From: the human T2T-CHM13v2.0 reference genome, Homo sapiens | NCBI GenBank assembly: GCA_009914755.4 | Contig: CP068257.2 | Span: 37,088,001 to 37,152,000, forward strand | Reading direction: 5' to 3' | DNA: 64,000 nucleotides | Shown here: positions 44,141 to 59,199 of the stretch, in pieces | Layout of the letters: every line of letters begins with the position of its first letter | Numbering within the stretch: position 1 is the stretch's first letter | Made by a program: the position numbers and the translations under genes | Notes under the pieces: generated by a model | Database searches by the model: none | Seen by the model: the letters and a program-made list of their open reading frames with translations, nothing else | Told to the model about the DNA's origin: nothing

Positions 44141-44418
44141 AGATGGAGTCTTACTCTGTTGCCCAGGCTGGAGTGCAGTGGCGCGATCTTGACTTGCTGC
44201 AACCTCTGCCTCCCAGGTTCAAGCAATCCTCCCACCTCAGCCTCCTGAGTAACTGGAGTACAGCCACATGCCACCACGCCTGGCTAATTTTTGCATTTTT
44301 AGTAGAGATGAGGTTTCACCATGTTGGCCAGGATGGTCTCAAATTCTTGACCTCAGATGATCCGCCCCCTTCAGCCTCCCAAAGTGCTGGGATTATAGGC
44401 GTGAGCCACGTGCCCGGC
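44109..44418 (-). mobile_element. Alu SINE with T31 tail
   Basis: A 31-nt poly-T, then 'gagatggagtcttactctgttgcccaggctggagtgcagtggcgcgatcttg', ending 'ggcgtgagccacgtgcccggc'. Confidence 0.95.
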
Positions 44419-44519
44419 TCCATGCTGTTCTTAACACCCTTCTATTCCATGACAATAAGAGCTAACGTGTCGAGTGCATGCTTGCTTGTAAGTCATTTTA
44501 GCCTCACCCTCACAAACTC

Positions 44520-44660
44520 TGACAAGCAGGGTGATACTAGTATCACTCCCATTTGGCAGAAGAAACTGAGGCACAGAGAAAGCAGGTCACTTGTTCAGGC
44601 CACCAGAAAGTGTCAAGGCAGGCTTCAGACCCAGGTGGCCTGGCTTCTGAACCTGCGGGC
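44520..44660 (-). mobile_element. MIR SINE fragment
   Basis: The fragment reads 'cccatttggcagaagaaactgaggcacagagaaagcaggtcacttgttcaggccaccag...gacccaggtggcctggcttctgaacc'. Confidence 0.5.
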
Positions 44661-44896
44661 TGGACCGGCCCACCTGGGTGCCCTTCTGTGGTCCTTGCCT
44701 GCAGTCATTTTTGCTATTGGGCCCAGGGGCACAAGCTAGTCATGAGACTTCCAAAAAATATTTAAAATTGGGGAAAGGAAAAATACAGATACTCTCCAGA
44801 ATATGAAAACTGCAAAAACAAAACCAATCCATTTAAGTAAGTGTGTACACAATATAATATTTATGGCATTTAAAAATAACTAAATTTGGTTTTTAA

Positions 44897-45314
<418 letters not shown>

Positions 45315-46280
45315 TACTTATGTTTTTAAATAAATTGATAAAATCATTTCAAATTATTTTATGCCCAAATACATATGCATGTGATGTGAAATGTGGTTGC
45401 CTTTTCAAATGTGTGACTTGACATAGGCAGGGGTCTCAGCTTTAAGAAAAAGGGGAAACCAAGTCCTCAACATGGTCTTGTCTTTCCCTGGGCCCATAGC
45501 TCCTATGTAGATGGTCCCAGACCAATTACAACCGGATCTGCATGTCCAGCTCCTGCCGGGGACCACCCCAGCTGCACCTCTCCAGACAGCAGGGACAGGC
45601 TCGGGCACCTTGTCCAAGGCAGAAAGACATCAGAGCTAAGGCTGCCTGGATTCAAACTGTCATTCTCCTGCCGAGTAAAAAGATGACCTTGGGGGCTTAC
45701 TTAACCTTGCTGATCTCAGACATGCCTGCTTCAAGGGGCTGTTTGTGAAGATTGCCTACCTGAAAGGAAGAAGGTGGGGCAAAATTAATCCAAGCAGATA
45801 ATTTATTTGGCCAAGCTTGAGGATTGCAACCCGAGAGCATAGATTCAAGTTGTCCTGAATCTACAATCCAAAGAGCGCAGGTAGTCGTGGATTTTTAAAA
45901 ACAAGAGGCAGGGAGTTGGCTGCTACAAAGTTGTTTGCCAGGAATTCTCATTGGTGTACACGAACAACATTGAAGAGCAATTGGTTATACATGGTTAAGC
46001 TATAGGTTGTGGGTTACAGCATCCCCTGTGGCATTATTAGGTTAATCTACAGCTATCTGTGGCAATAGCAATAGTTTAAAGAGATGAACACACAGCTCAA
46101 AGTGGGAAAGTGGAGAATGGTTGCTATCTCATTTTAATGCCTCTCTGGGCCTGATAATTTGAAAGGGCTCACGTTCCTCACATGAAAGTTCTTTTCTTTC
46201 CTCTGGATTGAGTTCACACATGGCACATGGAGTATGACCTGTACATTCATTCACTCAAAACAAAAAACAAAACAAAAAAA

Positions 46281-46599
46281 TAGCTCCAGGCAGTGACTCA
46301 TGCGTGTCATCCCGTACTTTGGGAGGCCAAGGCAGGAGGATCTCTTCAGGCCAGGAGTCGGAGACCAGCCTGGACAATATAGTGAGATCTCATCTCTATT
46401 TAAAAAAAGTTTTTTTTTAATTAGCCAGGCGTGGTAGTGTGTGCCTGTGGTCCCAGCTACCTGGGATGCTGAGGTGGGAGGATCAATTGAGTCCAAGAAT
46501 TTGAGGCTGCAGTGAGCTGAGATTGTACCACTGCACTCCAGCCTGGATGACCAAGCAAGATCCTGTCACAAAAACAAACAAACAAACAAACAAACAAAA
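46281..46599 (+). mobile_element. Alu SINE (diverged) with (caaa)n tail
   Basis: The body reads 'tagctccaggcagtgactcatgcgtgtcatcccgtactttgggaggccaaggcaggaggatctcttcaggccaggagtcggagaccagcc'. Confidence 0.9.
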
Positions 46600-46805
46600 C
46601 TATGCAGCAGCAACTATGTGCTGGGCCCTGTTCTGGACCCTGGGATACAGCTGCAAACAAAGGTCCTGCTCTTATGGAGCTCACATCTTGTGAGGGAGAA
46701 GCAGGAGATGGAGATGTAACGTGCTCAGGGTGATGAGAGCTGAGGAAAGAAGTGAGCTGGAGAAACGGATTGGGACACGGGAAGGCATCACTGACGCGGG
46801 GTATA

Positions 46806-47487
<682 letters not shown>

Positions 47488-47619
47488 GAAGCAAGCAAGG
47501 CCGTTAGCAAGGAGCGGGCTGGGGAGAGCACTCCAGGCAGAGGGAACAGCCAGGGCCAGGGCCTTGAGACAGACGTGAGCCAGGATATCTGAGGAACAGC
47601 AGAAAAGCCAGTGTGGCCG

Positions 47620-47830
47620 CAGCTAAATGAGGAACAATGTGTGAGTTCCCTGGGGCGGCCAAAACAAACACCACGGACGGGGGCCTTCAACCACAGACAC
47701 CGATTTCCTCACAGCTCTGGAGGCGAAAAGTCCAAGAAAACTGCACGGAGTATCTATGAGGCCCTGATGGAGACCTGACCTGGTCCACACCCATGGCCTG
47801 GCAAGCTAGATGGGGTGAATTTTCACCTGC
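47620..47830 (-). mobile_element. MLT1-like LTR fragment
   Basis: The fragment reads 'ggccaaaacaaacaccacggacgggggccttcaaccacagacaccgatttcctcacagctctggaggcgaaaagtccaagaaaactgcacgg'. Confidence 0.4.
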
Positions 47831-47994
47831 CACAGTCGCAAGTCAAAGCCACCGGCTTCTCTCTTCTCCCTCCCATTGCTCCTGACAGCCAGGGTTAATA
47901 TTTTGCCTCATGTAAACAGGGAGGCATCCACCCGAGAATCTCCCCTCAGCCCACATAAGCTCTGCAGAGAGGGCTGTGTTGCTCCAGTTCCCAC

Positions 47995-48283
47995 CTGGAC
48001 ATGAGCACTTTGAAGGGCAGCTTCCCTCCCGGGGTCTGGCTGAGCTCAGGGTAGGCGTCAGTCTGCATGGATTGGATGGAGGAAGGCTGTGCGTGGCAGG
48101 AGATGACACTGCCCTTGGGCTGTGTGGTTTCTCTCTGTTCCGAGCCCTGTTCCTCCACCTTAGCGGAATAGCGCCTCTCCATCCAGTTCTCATCTTTGAG
48201 AACGTTTCTTGGGATGAAAGCCACGACGTTGGATATGAACAACCTGGTTGCCAAGTTGTTTGCATTTTTGCCTCCTCTCCTTT
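47995..48283 (-). CDS. Candidate internal or terminal coding exon (hypothetical; product unknown)
   Basis: On the minus strand a strong acceptor, '...cagcttttcccttcag|AAAGGAGAGG', precedes 289 nt. Downstream is a donor 'CATGTCCAG|gtgggaac'. One frame is open across the whole segment ('...KNANNLATRLFISNVVAFIPRNVLKDENWMERRYSAKVEEQGSEQRETTQPKGSVISCHAQPSSIQSMQTDAYPELSQTPGGKLPFKVLMSR') and runs on to a TGA at 47946-47948 if the exon is unspliced. It is non-repetitive GC-rich sequence. I could not match it to a known protein from memory. Confidence 0.2.
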
Positions 48284-49994
48284 CTGAAGGGAAAAGCTGT
48301 CCTTGTGTGGGGCCACTTCAGACCCCAGTGAGCAAAAGGAGTGATGTTTAGGGGAAGGCAGGGAGAGCAGAAACTTGCATATTCCACACCTTCTGCGGCT
48401 GGGCACTGGGATGGGCCTTTCTCATGGCCGGTGGGATGGGAGAGGAGAGAGGTCTCCATCCAGCACCACTTACATCACACACATAAGCGACCTGGGGTAT
48501 TAGTGGCTAGGAGTGCAGGTTCCAGATATCTCTCAGGTATAGTCTCCGCAGGATCCTGTTCCTCCCTTACCACTCATGAAGCCACTTTTCCCCCCAGGAG
48601 CCTTGGTGGTCTCCTATCTAAAGTGGGGATGGCACACAAATCCATGTCCTTGTGACGGTCCCATGAGAGAAGCAGACAGACCCTGTGCACACAAGGGCCT
48701 GCAGGGAGAAGCGCTCTACACGTGGCGACACCCTTTCCTCCCAGGATGGTCTCCTCTGCATTCCTGCTGTCATCCCAGCGTCCCACCTGATTCCCCAGGA
48801 CACAGCTGACTAGAAATCAGCCCTGGACTAGAACCCACCGCCCGCCAGGGGTGGGTACGCTTTCTCGGAGGCCCCCATGGGGAGGCAAAATGGAAAACCA
48901 CACCCAATACTCAACCTACAGTGGGCCACTAATTCCCAAGGCAATTCTGCTGTTTGTATCTGTGGGAGAAATGCATTTCCTTTGTTTTCGAAAAAGCAGA
49001 TGGCCAGGTGTCATTGGCAGAGGGGCTGCAGTGAGGGCAGTGAGGGAGAGCAGAGGAAATGAATGGACAGTGCAGAGGACAGGCCAGGTGGCCCACAACC
49101 AGGCAGACAGCTCACGTTGCCTTTTCTGGAAATAGGGACTGCATGACCAATCTGTGCCTGTGCCTCTCTGGCACACAATGGACAATTTCGGAAAACTTCA
49201 AAAGAAAAAGCCAAGTTGATTTTGCTAAAAATGTGAAGTTTCTCTCTCTCTCTCTCTCTATCTCTTTAATGCAATGCATAGTTTATCATTTTCTTGTCTT
49301 TAGGATTAATTAAAGACAGGGCTAAATTTGTTTAAACAAGCTCTAAAATATTAAAAAAGAAGAAGAAGGCAAAGTACATAGTGTTTCCAAGTCCAGGGAA
49401 CATTCTGTTCCCTGGGCTTCAGTTTATAACTGAATGTGCTTTACGTTTAGAAGACAAGCTATAGCTTGTAAAATGAATGTGGAAATAATCTAAAGTATGA
49501 GGCCTCCATTATTTATTATGTAATTGGAGAAAATTCTGGCTGGGAGAAATCTTTAGCTGAAAGCCAAGATGATCCCTACTCAATCGTTCTTAAACAAAAT
49601 TAACATGTATCCATTTCTTTGATAATATTTCACTGGCAGGCAGTTCCTCTTCTAGGCTGCTATGAGCAAATTGCCAAGTTGGGTGTCACCCGTATAATCA
49701 TTATCATGGGAAACCGTCAGAGTTCCTTGGGCAAGGGAATCAAAGATTTCAAGTGTTGACATTTTGTTAAGTAGGTTTTTTATAAAGTCTTACATTTAGA
49801 ACTTTTCAGAACATGTCATCTCCAAAATCAGTAATCATTAAACGACGTCCAAGACCATGTTTTTGAGATCCTTCTATACTCTAAAAGCATTTTGATAATA
49901 TTATTCCATAAACTGCCCCTTTTTTATTAAATGCATATCACAATCTTTTCAAACTATGAATATGGTCCTGGTTCATTCAAGAGAAAGAAGCTCT

Positions 49995-50282
49995 GCCCAG
50001 TGCAGTGGCTCACGCTATAATCCAATCACTTTCAGAGGCAGGAGGATCACTTGAGGCCAAGAATCGGAGACCAGCCTAGGGGGCAACAAAGTAAGACCCT
50101 ATCTCTACAAAAATATTTAAAAGTTAGCCAGGGGTGGTGGCACATACCTGTGGTCCTGCCTACTCAGGAGGCTGAGGCGGGAGGATCCCTTGATTCCAGG
50201 AGTTCAAGGCTGCAGTGAGCTATGATCATAGGATTGCACTCCATCCTGGGTGACAGAGCGAGATGCTGTCTCTTAAAAAAAA
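49995..50282 (+). mobile_element. Older Alu (AluJ-like)
   Basis: The body reads 'ctgcccagtgcagtggctcacgctataatccaatcactttcagaggcaggaggatcacttgaggccaagaatcggagaccagcc'. Confidence 0.9.
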
Positions 50283-50929
50283 GTCATTGGTGATGACTTT
50301 CTTTATTGCCTTTCATTAACAAAGTAATTTCCCCATAGATGCCTCCCTCCCGCCATCTAGGACTTGTGGAGGTCGAAAATATCATGAATGAATGTTCACT
50401 TTTATAAAATGTTCTTCCTGCACCACTTGTGCCTTGAGAAGCTCTGTGGAGTGCAGGGTCATTCTCAACTTTCTTGAGGAGGGGATGTCTCCACCCCCAA
50501 CTCCACTGTAGGCACCCTCTTCCCTTAAGCTGCTTTAATTTTTTTTCACTTAATATTCACTCAACTATATTCTTTACAAGAAAATAAATTCCAAGGGGAC
50601 AGGGACTTTTCTGCCTTACTTCTGTTTCCAAGCTTTTAGAAAAGCACCTGGCACATGGTAGGTGCTCAATAAATATTTGTGGTGATACTTATTAAGAAAT
50701 GGAGTGACAAAAGGCACTGTGAATTCATTAACATTAAAAATATTTTGTCTTATTGCATGAAATTAATGCATACATATAAAAATGGTGGCATGTAAGTGTA
50801 TGCGTTATTTAATCTCTGTTATAGGTTTCTGAACCCCTGGGAGTAACTCCAAGGATCAGAGATTGAGAACCACCTATATCAGGGGGAACAAGTACTAAAT
50901 TGAAGTGCCGTAGACTGACTTGATTCTAT

Positions 50930-51170
50930 TACAGGCTGAGCATCTTTTATTTGAAATGCTTGGGGCCAGAAGTGTTTTGGATTTCAGATTATTTTGGATT
51001 TTGGAATATTTGAATTATACTTACCAATTGAGCATCCCAAATCCAAACATCTGAAATCTAAATGTTCCAATGAACCTATCATTAAAGCATCTTGTCAGTA
51101 CTCAGAAAATTTCAGATTTTGAAACATTTTGGATTTTTGGATTTGGGATGCTTAACCTGTACCTGCTAGG
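50930..51170. mobile_element. Palindromic MITE-like element (non-autonomous DNA-transposon relic)
   Basis: The left arm '...gttttggatttcagattattttggattttggaatatttg...gagcatcccaaatccaaacatctgaaatc' is the inverted complement of the right arm 'gaaaatttcagattttgaaacattttggatttttggatttgggatgcttaacc'. Confidence 0.5.
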
Positions 51171-52145
51171 TAACTCTGAACAACACCACTTAATTTTCCT
51201 GAGTCTTGGTTTAATTGTGTGGCAGATGGGAGTAATAATAGCTGATTTACCTACTCGACATAGCTGAAAATAGAATGATATGTATATATGCAAATACATT
51301 TTGTAAACTACAAAGAACCATACACATATAGATTATTTTTGCTACTATAATAAAACATAGGTCTTGGGTCCGTAATCCCAGCAAAGCAGAGGACTGCTGC
51401 CTGCAGCTTTAGTCAATTTGATCACCATAGTCTATCATCACCATCATTAGAATAGAAACACTTACTCTCCCTGGGGTCTGTTGACCATCCCACGTGCGAA
51501 AAAACCCTATACAAATTTGCCCGGAATGTAGACTCCCCATTGGCCACAGTGGTAGTTTATTAGCTTCATACTGTGTGGAGTCAATGACTCATAGAAGGCA
51601 CATTTTTCACCTCTTAGCCTTGGCAGCAACGACCCGTTGCTCAAAATTTGCTAACAGGCTCCCTCAGCTATTTCCTGTTGTGTTGCAGTAACACCGCTTT
51701 TTCTTTAGGCCACATTAAATTTTAAAACACATTAGAAACATTTCATCCCTGGCCTTCCTCTTCTAGTCATTGCAAAAAAAAAAAAAAAAGTGCTGTAGCA
51801 AACATGAGGATTATGATGATTGGTTAATTTCCCTCCATTTTAACCAATGAAATGTGTTCCTTATCACTATGGTTACATAACAACTAGCTCCCACAGGTGG
51901 AATCCAGCCTCACCAAAGCACCTGGGATAGTTCATCTACTCCTGCTCACTGATTATATCTAAATCACCAATAATGACCCAAATAACTTCGTATTTTTAAA
52001 AGTTATAGAGGTTATGTTATTTTTAGCCACTTCTATTGTGAAATATACTTCCCAAACAGAAAACTGTGCAAATCAGAAATGTCTAGCTCAATGAATAGCA
52101 CGTAGATTTCCTTGCTCTTCTTCAGCTATACCCACCTAAGCATGA

Positions 52146-52494
<349 letters not shown>

Positions 52495-53102
52495 CCTGTC
52501 TGTTTTTTAAAGTATATAAATGGGATTCTGTGATATGTTTTCTCTAGTATCTGGCTTGTTTTGCACGTCATTCTGTTTATGAGGTTCATTCATGTTCATG
52601 TAACTGTGGTCCAATTTCTTCACTGCAGTGAAGTTGTTTATTATATTTTAAAAAACATTTTCATGAATCCATTTCATTGTTGATGGACAGTTGGGTTTTT
52701 TCCAGTCTAAAGCTGCTATACACACTGCTGCTGTGAAGATTGCTGTACAAGTCTCGTGCTAAAAATAGGCATGCTTTTCCGCTGAGTATCTACCTAGGAG
52801 TGGAATTACTATGAAAGAAGGAATGCACATCTTCACTTTAATAGATAATACCAAACCTCTTCCTTTAGTGACTAGAACCAAATGTATGATATGAGAGAGT
52901 CTCCATCACTCTCCATTGTCACCAGCCCCTGGCATGGATATTCCCTTTAATCTTAGCCACCTTGGTGAGTGTATTTGGAATCTCAATGTTTTTAATTTGC
53001 ACTTTTCTGATTACTTAAGAGTCTGGGCCCCTTTCCCTATATTTATTGACCATTTGAATATTGTTCTTTGCCAGGTATCTTCAAGTGTCATCCATTTCTG
53101 TC

Positions 53103-54095
<993 letters not shown>

Positions 54096-54905
54096 TTTCA
54101 AAATGACATATTTCTATATCTTACAATTTTCCTGAGTTTTGGTGTTAATTAAATGTACAATTAAATCTTTTGGTTTTTAAAAATATAGATAACATCTTCC
54201 ACTGTTTAATTCTATACTGTTTTTTAAAAAGAAAACCTGAAGAGTGCAAACCTGTAGAGTAAGAAAAGGGGAGGAATGAAATTTATCTTACTCCTCCTGC
54301 CAGATGCAGTTTGGTACATCTTAACACTAAATGCTCATTTTACTGAATTCTCACTTTAAGAATGTTCCATTATATTTTAAACTCTTTATAGGCATATTGA
54401 TTTTGTGCTGAAAGAGATTAAACAGCCCTCAAGAGTTTCAAGCAAATTCTCTTAGTCAGTAAATGCATTTCCTCTTTCATTCATGTCCCAATGCCCAGTC
54501 AACATTTTTTGTGTGCCTGTATCACTTAACCAACAAAGATTTTGGAAACAATCTTTGGATAATACAATATTTGATTTCTCATAATGTGACCTGAAGATCC
54601 ACATGATTTTGTTTTTTTGTCAGCCCATGCCACCCCATGGTTTGGAGGAACCAAACCCCCAGCCTTTTGAGGGGTGAGACTCCTGGAATTTTCGTCCCGT
54701 GCCTTCGTGGGGATTTCTCCTGTATTTAGTATTTGTTCACCCGACACAGACTTGCAGAGCCTAATGCATTCCAGACACTGCGCTGAGTGCCAGGAATAAA
54801 GAAACATCTGTACCTGGTACAGTCTGGCTGGGGCAAGAAACCACCAACATGATAAGCAAATGAATGTATAATGTAACAGAACATGGGTTGTGCCCTGAAG
54901 AAAAA

Positions 54906-55038
54906 TAAAGACTGACCAGGAAAGGGGATGGGAGTGGGGAGAAAAACCATATTAAACTGAATTATACCTTCCACCTTACCTTGTATTATGATCAAAAGAA
55001 ATCCCTCTGCTGTCCTTTCCTCCTGACACTCTTCCCAC
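54906..55038 (+). repeat. Copy 2, in unique context, of the 133-bp duplicated segment, followed by (CA)n
   Basis: Same sequence as copy 1 with 'aaaaaccatatt' in place of 'aaaaaacatatt'. It runs into 'cacacacacatgcacacacacacgcac'. Confidence 0.95.
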
Positions 55039-56279
55039 ACACACACATGCACACACACACGCACATCTGTAAACCCCTGACAACAGTGGTGACGTCTATC
55101 TCACCTTTGTGCACCCCCAAAGCTGAACACAGCTATGCATGACTGACACAATTTTGTTAAACCAAAGAAAATCTTTTCATGATGTCTCCATTAATTTCAT
55201 GTGGCCAACCAGCCATTCCTGGAAGTTTCTTGAACTCTCTGGAGATCCCTTCTGCCTTTAGGCATCTTCTGTCTACTCAGCGAGTAGTTCCTGGGGCTTT
55301 CCTAATGGCATTTCTGCTTATCCGATATCTGCTGGATGTCGTTCAGAAAAATGACATTGGAGGCTGAGGCCTCAAACTTTAGCTCCATATTCTTGGTCAG
55401 GTTTCAGATTTTCACTTAAACACAGCCCTGTCTGCGATGCCAACAGACTTTAGCTCAATTTATTATCAGAGGGCGATCTGGCACTCCCATACAGCTCCGC
55501 AAATGCCTCTGACTATCTAATAACTCATCATTAAACACCACATTCCCTGAGAGGCTGTGGAGACCAGGCAGGGAGGGCCTCTCCCTTCTGAAAAAAGGAG
55601 CCCCTTCCAGGGCTCACAACAAAATGTCAAGTTTGGCAAAAGATAAAAATAGAAGTCTTTGTTTCACACTTGCAAAAAGGCTCAAACTTTCACGTGTGCT
55701 TCTGTTTATATTAAATAAAAAGCCCATTTTTCTTGGGATAAAAGCATCTTAAGAAGAGTTGTAGGGAGAAGAGACTAGGTCCTTTCTTAACCGGAATTCA
55801 ACTGATTAGACCCTGGCCAGACTCTCCAGTCAGACCCAGAAAGAGAAAACAGTGCCAATCCGAATGATTCAGCTCAATCCGTTCAAAACAACAAATCATG
55901 AAATGGCATCATGGACAGGCATGTTACGATAAGACTCTGCTAACGTGGCTTTTGCTGCAAAGTGGGAAATGGTTCTGGGAACTTACAGCTTTAATAAGAT
56001 CAAACAATGCATCAAATGGAGGTCTGAGTTGGAGATCTGGGCTTCGACCTGCAGAAATAAGAATTGAGGCCTGTTGGGTGCTTCGCTGCTGGCAGTGCTC
56101 TCTCACGTGCCCTTTCCAGCTGGCTCTCACCTGATTCTCAGACACCTCTGAGAGCTAGGTGGTGTTCTCGTGTACATGTTAGAGATGAGGAAACCCAATC
56201 TCTGACAGCTGTCTATCCACCTGTTTGGAAGGGGCTGAACTGTGTTCCCCCCAAGCTCATCTGTTGAAGCTTTAACCCC

Positions 56280-56610
56280 CAGTACTTCAAAGCATGTCTT
56301 TATTCAGAGATAGTCTTTCAAGAGATAATTAAGATGCAGTGAAGTCATTAGCGTGGGCCCTAATCCGATCTGACTGGTGTCCTAACAGGAAGAGGAGATT
56401 AGAACACAGACATGACCATGTAAGGACACAGGGAGAAGGCGGCCGTCTGTAAGCCAAGGAGGGAGGCTCAGAAGGAACGAACCCTGCTCACACCTGGATC
56501 CCAGACTTCTAGCTTCCAGGACGGAGAAAATAAATGTTGTTGAAGCCGCCTACCCTATGGTACTTTATTATGGAAGCCCTAGCACACTAATACATTAAGG
56601 TAAGTTCTCT
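56280..56610 (+). mobile_element. MaLR LTR 3' portion, MLT1-like
   Basis: The fragment reads 'gtgggccctaatccgatctgactggtgtcctaacaggaagaggagattagaacacagacatgaccatgtaaggacacagggagaaggcggccgtctgtaagccaaggagggaggctcagaaggaacgaaccctgctcacacctggatcccagacttctagcttccaggacggagaaaataaatgttgttgaagccgcctaccctatggtactttattatggaagccctagcacactaatacat'. Confidence 0.65.
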
Positions 56611-56963
56611 GAGGGCAGAATGGGGCTTTTGCTATTTCGATGAAAGTTCTTCGGATTCTGCAAAGCTGACCTCATATTCTGTGATGATTTTGGTAGAAGG
56701 CACACAGGCCACCTGCTCACTCCCTGCTCCTCTCATTCCTCCTCACTTTCCCTCCTATTTTCATCATCTTCCCTCTCCCTTTCTCCTTCTTTCACTCCAG
56801 GGGGATATGTTTGCCAACCATCTGCAAAGTGCCTACTGTGTTTCACGTAAACGCTTTTAATTTACGTAACTCATGCTATTTATCTCGTCATGATTTGACT
56901 CTTTTCCTTTTGGATAGTTTTCAAGATCAATCCTTGTTGCAAGATGAATATTTAACCTGTTAC

Positions 56964-57259
56964 TTTTTTTTTTGGAGACAAGGTCTCGCTCTGTCGCTCA
57001 GGCAGGATTGCAGTGGCATGAACACAGCTCACTGCAGCCTCAAACTCCTGGGCTCAGGTGATCCTCCCACCTCAGCCTCGCGAGTAGCTGGGACTACAGG
57101 CATGCACCACCTCACACAGCTAATTTTATTTATTTTTCTAATAGAGATGGGGTCTTGCTATGTTGCCCAGGCTGGTCTTGAACTCCTGGCCTCAAGCAAT
57201 TCTCCCACCTCAGTCTCCCAAAGAACTGGGATTACAGGTGTGGGCCACCACGCCTGGCC
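56964..57259 (-). mobile_element. AluJ-like Alu with TSD 'taacctgt(t)aac'
   Basis: Poly-T head, 'ggagacaaggtctcgctctgtcgctcaggcaggattgcagtggcatgaacacagctcactgcagcc', end 'ggtgtgggccaccacgcctggcc'. Confidence 0.9.
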
Positions 57260-57882
57260 TAACCTGTAACTTCTAATTGACACCTCAACATTTCCGAAAA
57301 TGCCTTTATTCTGCCTGTGCACTGGATTGATAGTTTCTATAGGTGTAGAAGCCCAGGTCGAAAACCACCTTCCTGCAGAAAGCCCCATCCTCTTGTCATT
57401 CCCAGAGCGGCTGCAGGGAAAGCTACAGCCATTCTGAGTCCTGAGTCTTCATGTGTTGCCTTTTTTCTTCTCCCTGGAAGCTTGTAAAATCTTCTTCCTG
57501 TCCTCACTGCTCTGAAATTGCACAGCAACGAGGCTTCGTGTAGGTCTATTTTTATCTCTTGTACTAGGCCCTTTAGACCTGCAAGCTGGTGTTATTCATT
57601 TCTGGAAAAGTTTCTTGAATTGTATTTTAAAGACTTACCAGCTTCTCTGTTCTCTCCTCCTGGAATTCATCTGGAAGCTGCATTTCCTGGTCTGGGCCTC
57701 CAATTTCATACATTCTCTCCCTTTTCTTCTCTCTTTTCACTTTGCTCTATTTTCTAATACAATTTTCCAGCCATGCCTTCTAATCCTTGTACTGGGTCTT
57801 TCATTTTGGCTATCATGTGACTTTCCCCAAGCTTGCCCAGTGCTTGTTATTTTCCAAATGTTGCTTTTTTATGGTCTCTCAC

Positions 57883-58109
57883 TTTTTTTTTTTTCTTTTG
57901 AGACAGAGTCTTGCTCTGTCGCCCAGGCTGGAGTGCAGTGGCGCGATCTCGCTCACTGCGAGCTCCGCCTCCCGGGTTCACGCCATTCTCCTGCCTCAGC
58001 CTCCTGAGTAGCTGGGACTACAGGCGCCCACCACCACGCCCGGCTAATTTTTTGTATTTTTAGTAGAGACGGGTTTCACCGTGTTAGCTAGGATGGTCTC
58101 GATCTCCTG
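57883..58109 (-). mobile_element. 5'-truncated AluY-like Alu with perfect 12-bp TSD 'tatggtctctca'
   Basis: Poly-T head, 'gagacagagtcttgctctgtcgcccaggctggagtgcagtggcgcgatctcgctcactgcgagctccgcctcccgggttcacgccattctcc...gtgttagctaggatggtctcgatctcctg'. The last ~70 nt of the consensus are absent and the flanks are identical. Confidence 0.95.
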
Positions 58110-58451
58110 TATGGTCTCTCATTCTTGATGCATAGAAGAAAACTCATCTCATCTCTCTAAAGGTGTTAACAGTAGGTGTAGTCTTGGTTTCCTCCAGGTT
58201 TCTTTTGACTTTTATTTTTACTGAGATACAGTTCACATAAGATGAAATTTGGCCTTCTTAAGGATATTCACACAGCTGTGCAACCACCACTATCATTTAT
58301 CCCAGCCTATTTTTATCACCTTAATAAGAAGCTCCATACCTGTTAATATTCATCCCCCATCTCCACCTCTCCCCAGCCCCTGGGAAGCACTAATCCATTT
58401 TTCCATGTCTATAGATTTGTCTATTCTGGAAATTTCATATAAATGACATAA

Positions 58452-58764
<313 letters not shown>

Positions 58765-58789
58765 AATTTCTGGTCTTTTGTGTCTGGCC

Positions 58790-59050
58790 TTCTTCACTTA
58801 GTATAGTGTTTTCAAGGTTCATCCATGTTGTAGCCTGTGTCAGTACTTCATTCCTTTTTAAGGCTGAATAATGGTCCATGGTACGAAGAGACCACATGTT
58901 GCTTATTCATGCATCTCTGGACAGACGCCTGGGTTGTTTTCCACCTGTTGGCTGTTGTGGATCGTGCTGCTGTGAACACGGGTGCACAAACTCAATGCGG
59001 ATTTGACTTGTGCTTCCCTGGTAGCTAATGGTAACAATACTCAATATCTT
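58790..59050 (+). mobile_element. L1 (LINE-1) ORF2-region fragment, old subfamily
   Basis: 'ttcatccatgttgtagcctgtgtcag...ttaaggctgaataatggtccatggtacg...gacgcctgggttgttttccacctgttggctgttgtggatcgtgctgctgtgaacacgggtgcac' parallels the L1 'ttcatccatgtccctgcaaagg...atggctgcatagtattccatggtgta...gggcatttgggttggttccaagtctttgctattgtgaatagtgctgcaataaacat'. Confidence 0.5.
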
Positions 59051-59199
59051 TTCACGGGCTTATTAGCCCAAATTGTTTTATAACTTTTTCATGTGCTTTT
59101 ACCTTTCACATTTGTTACCTCCAGCAGGTCCTTAGTGGTCAGCCAGTCCTTGGCTGCTTTGCTGTCCATTTTTTTTAAGTTGTCAAAATGGTTTTTTTC

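Noticed and set aside
44143-44739. 198-aa ORF on the plus strand.
   Set aside because: The first ~90 aa translate the reverse complement of an Alu ('[16 protein letters not shown]...[14 protein letters not shown]'). The rest runs through an MIR fragment. There is no start context or splice signal and no conservation can be inferred.
47843-48406. 187-aa minus-strand ORF overlapping the candidate exon.
   Set aside because: It is R/S/P-rich with low-complexity composition typical of an off-frame read-through in GC-rich DNA, and it crosses the predicted splice sites. Only the alternative frame, restricted to 47995-48283, is kept as a weak candidate.
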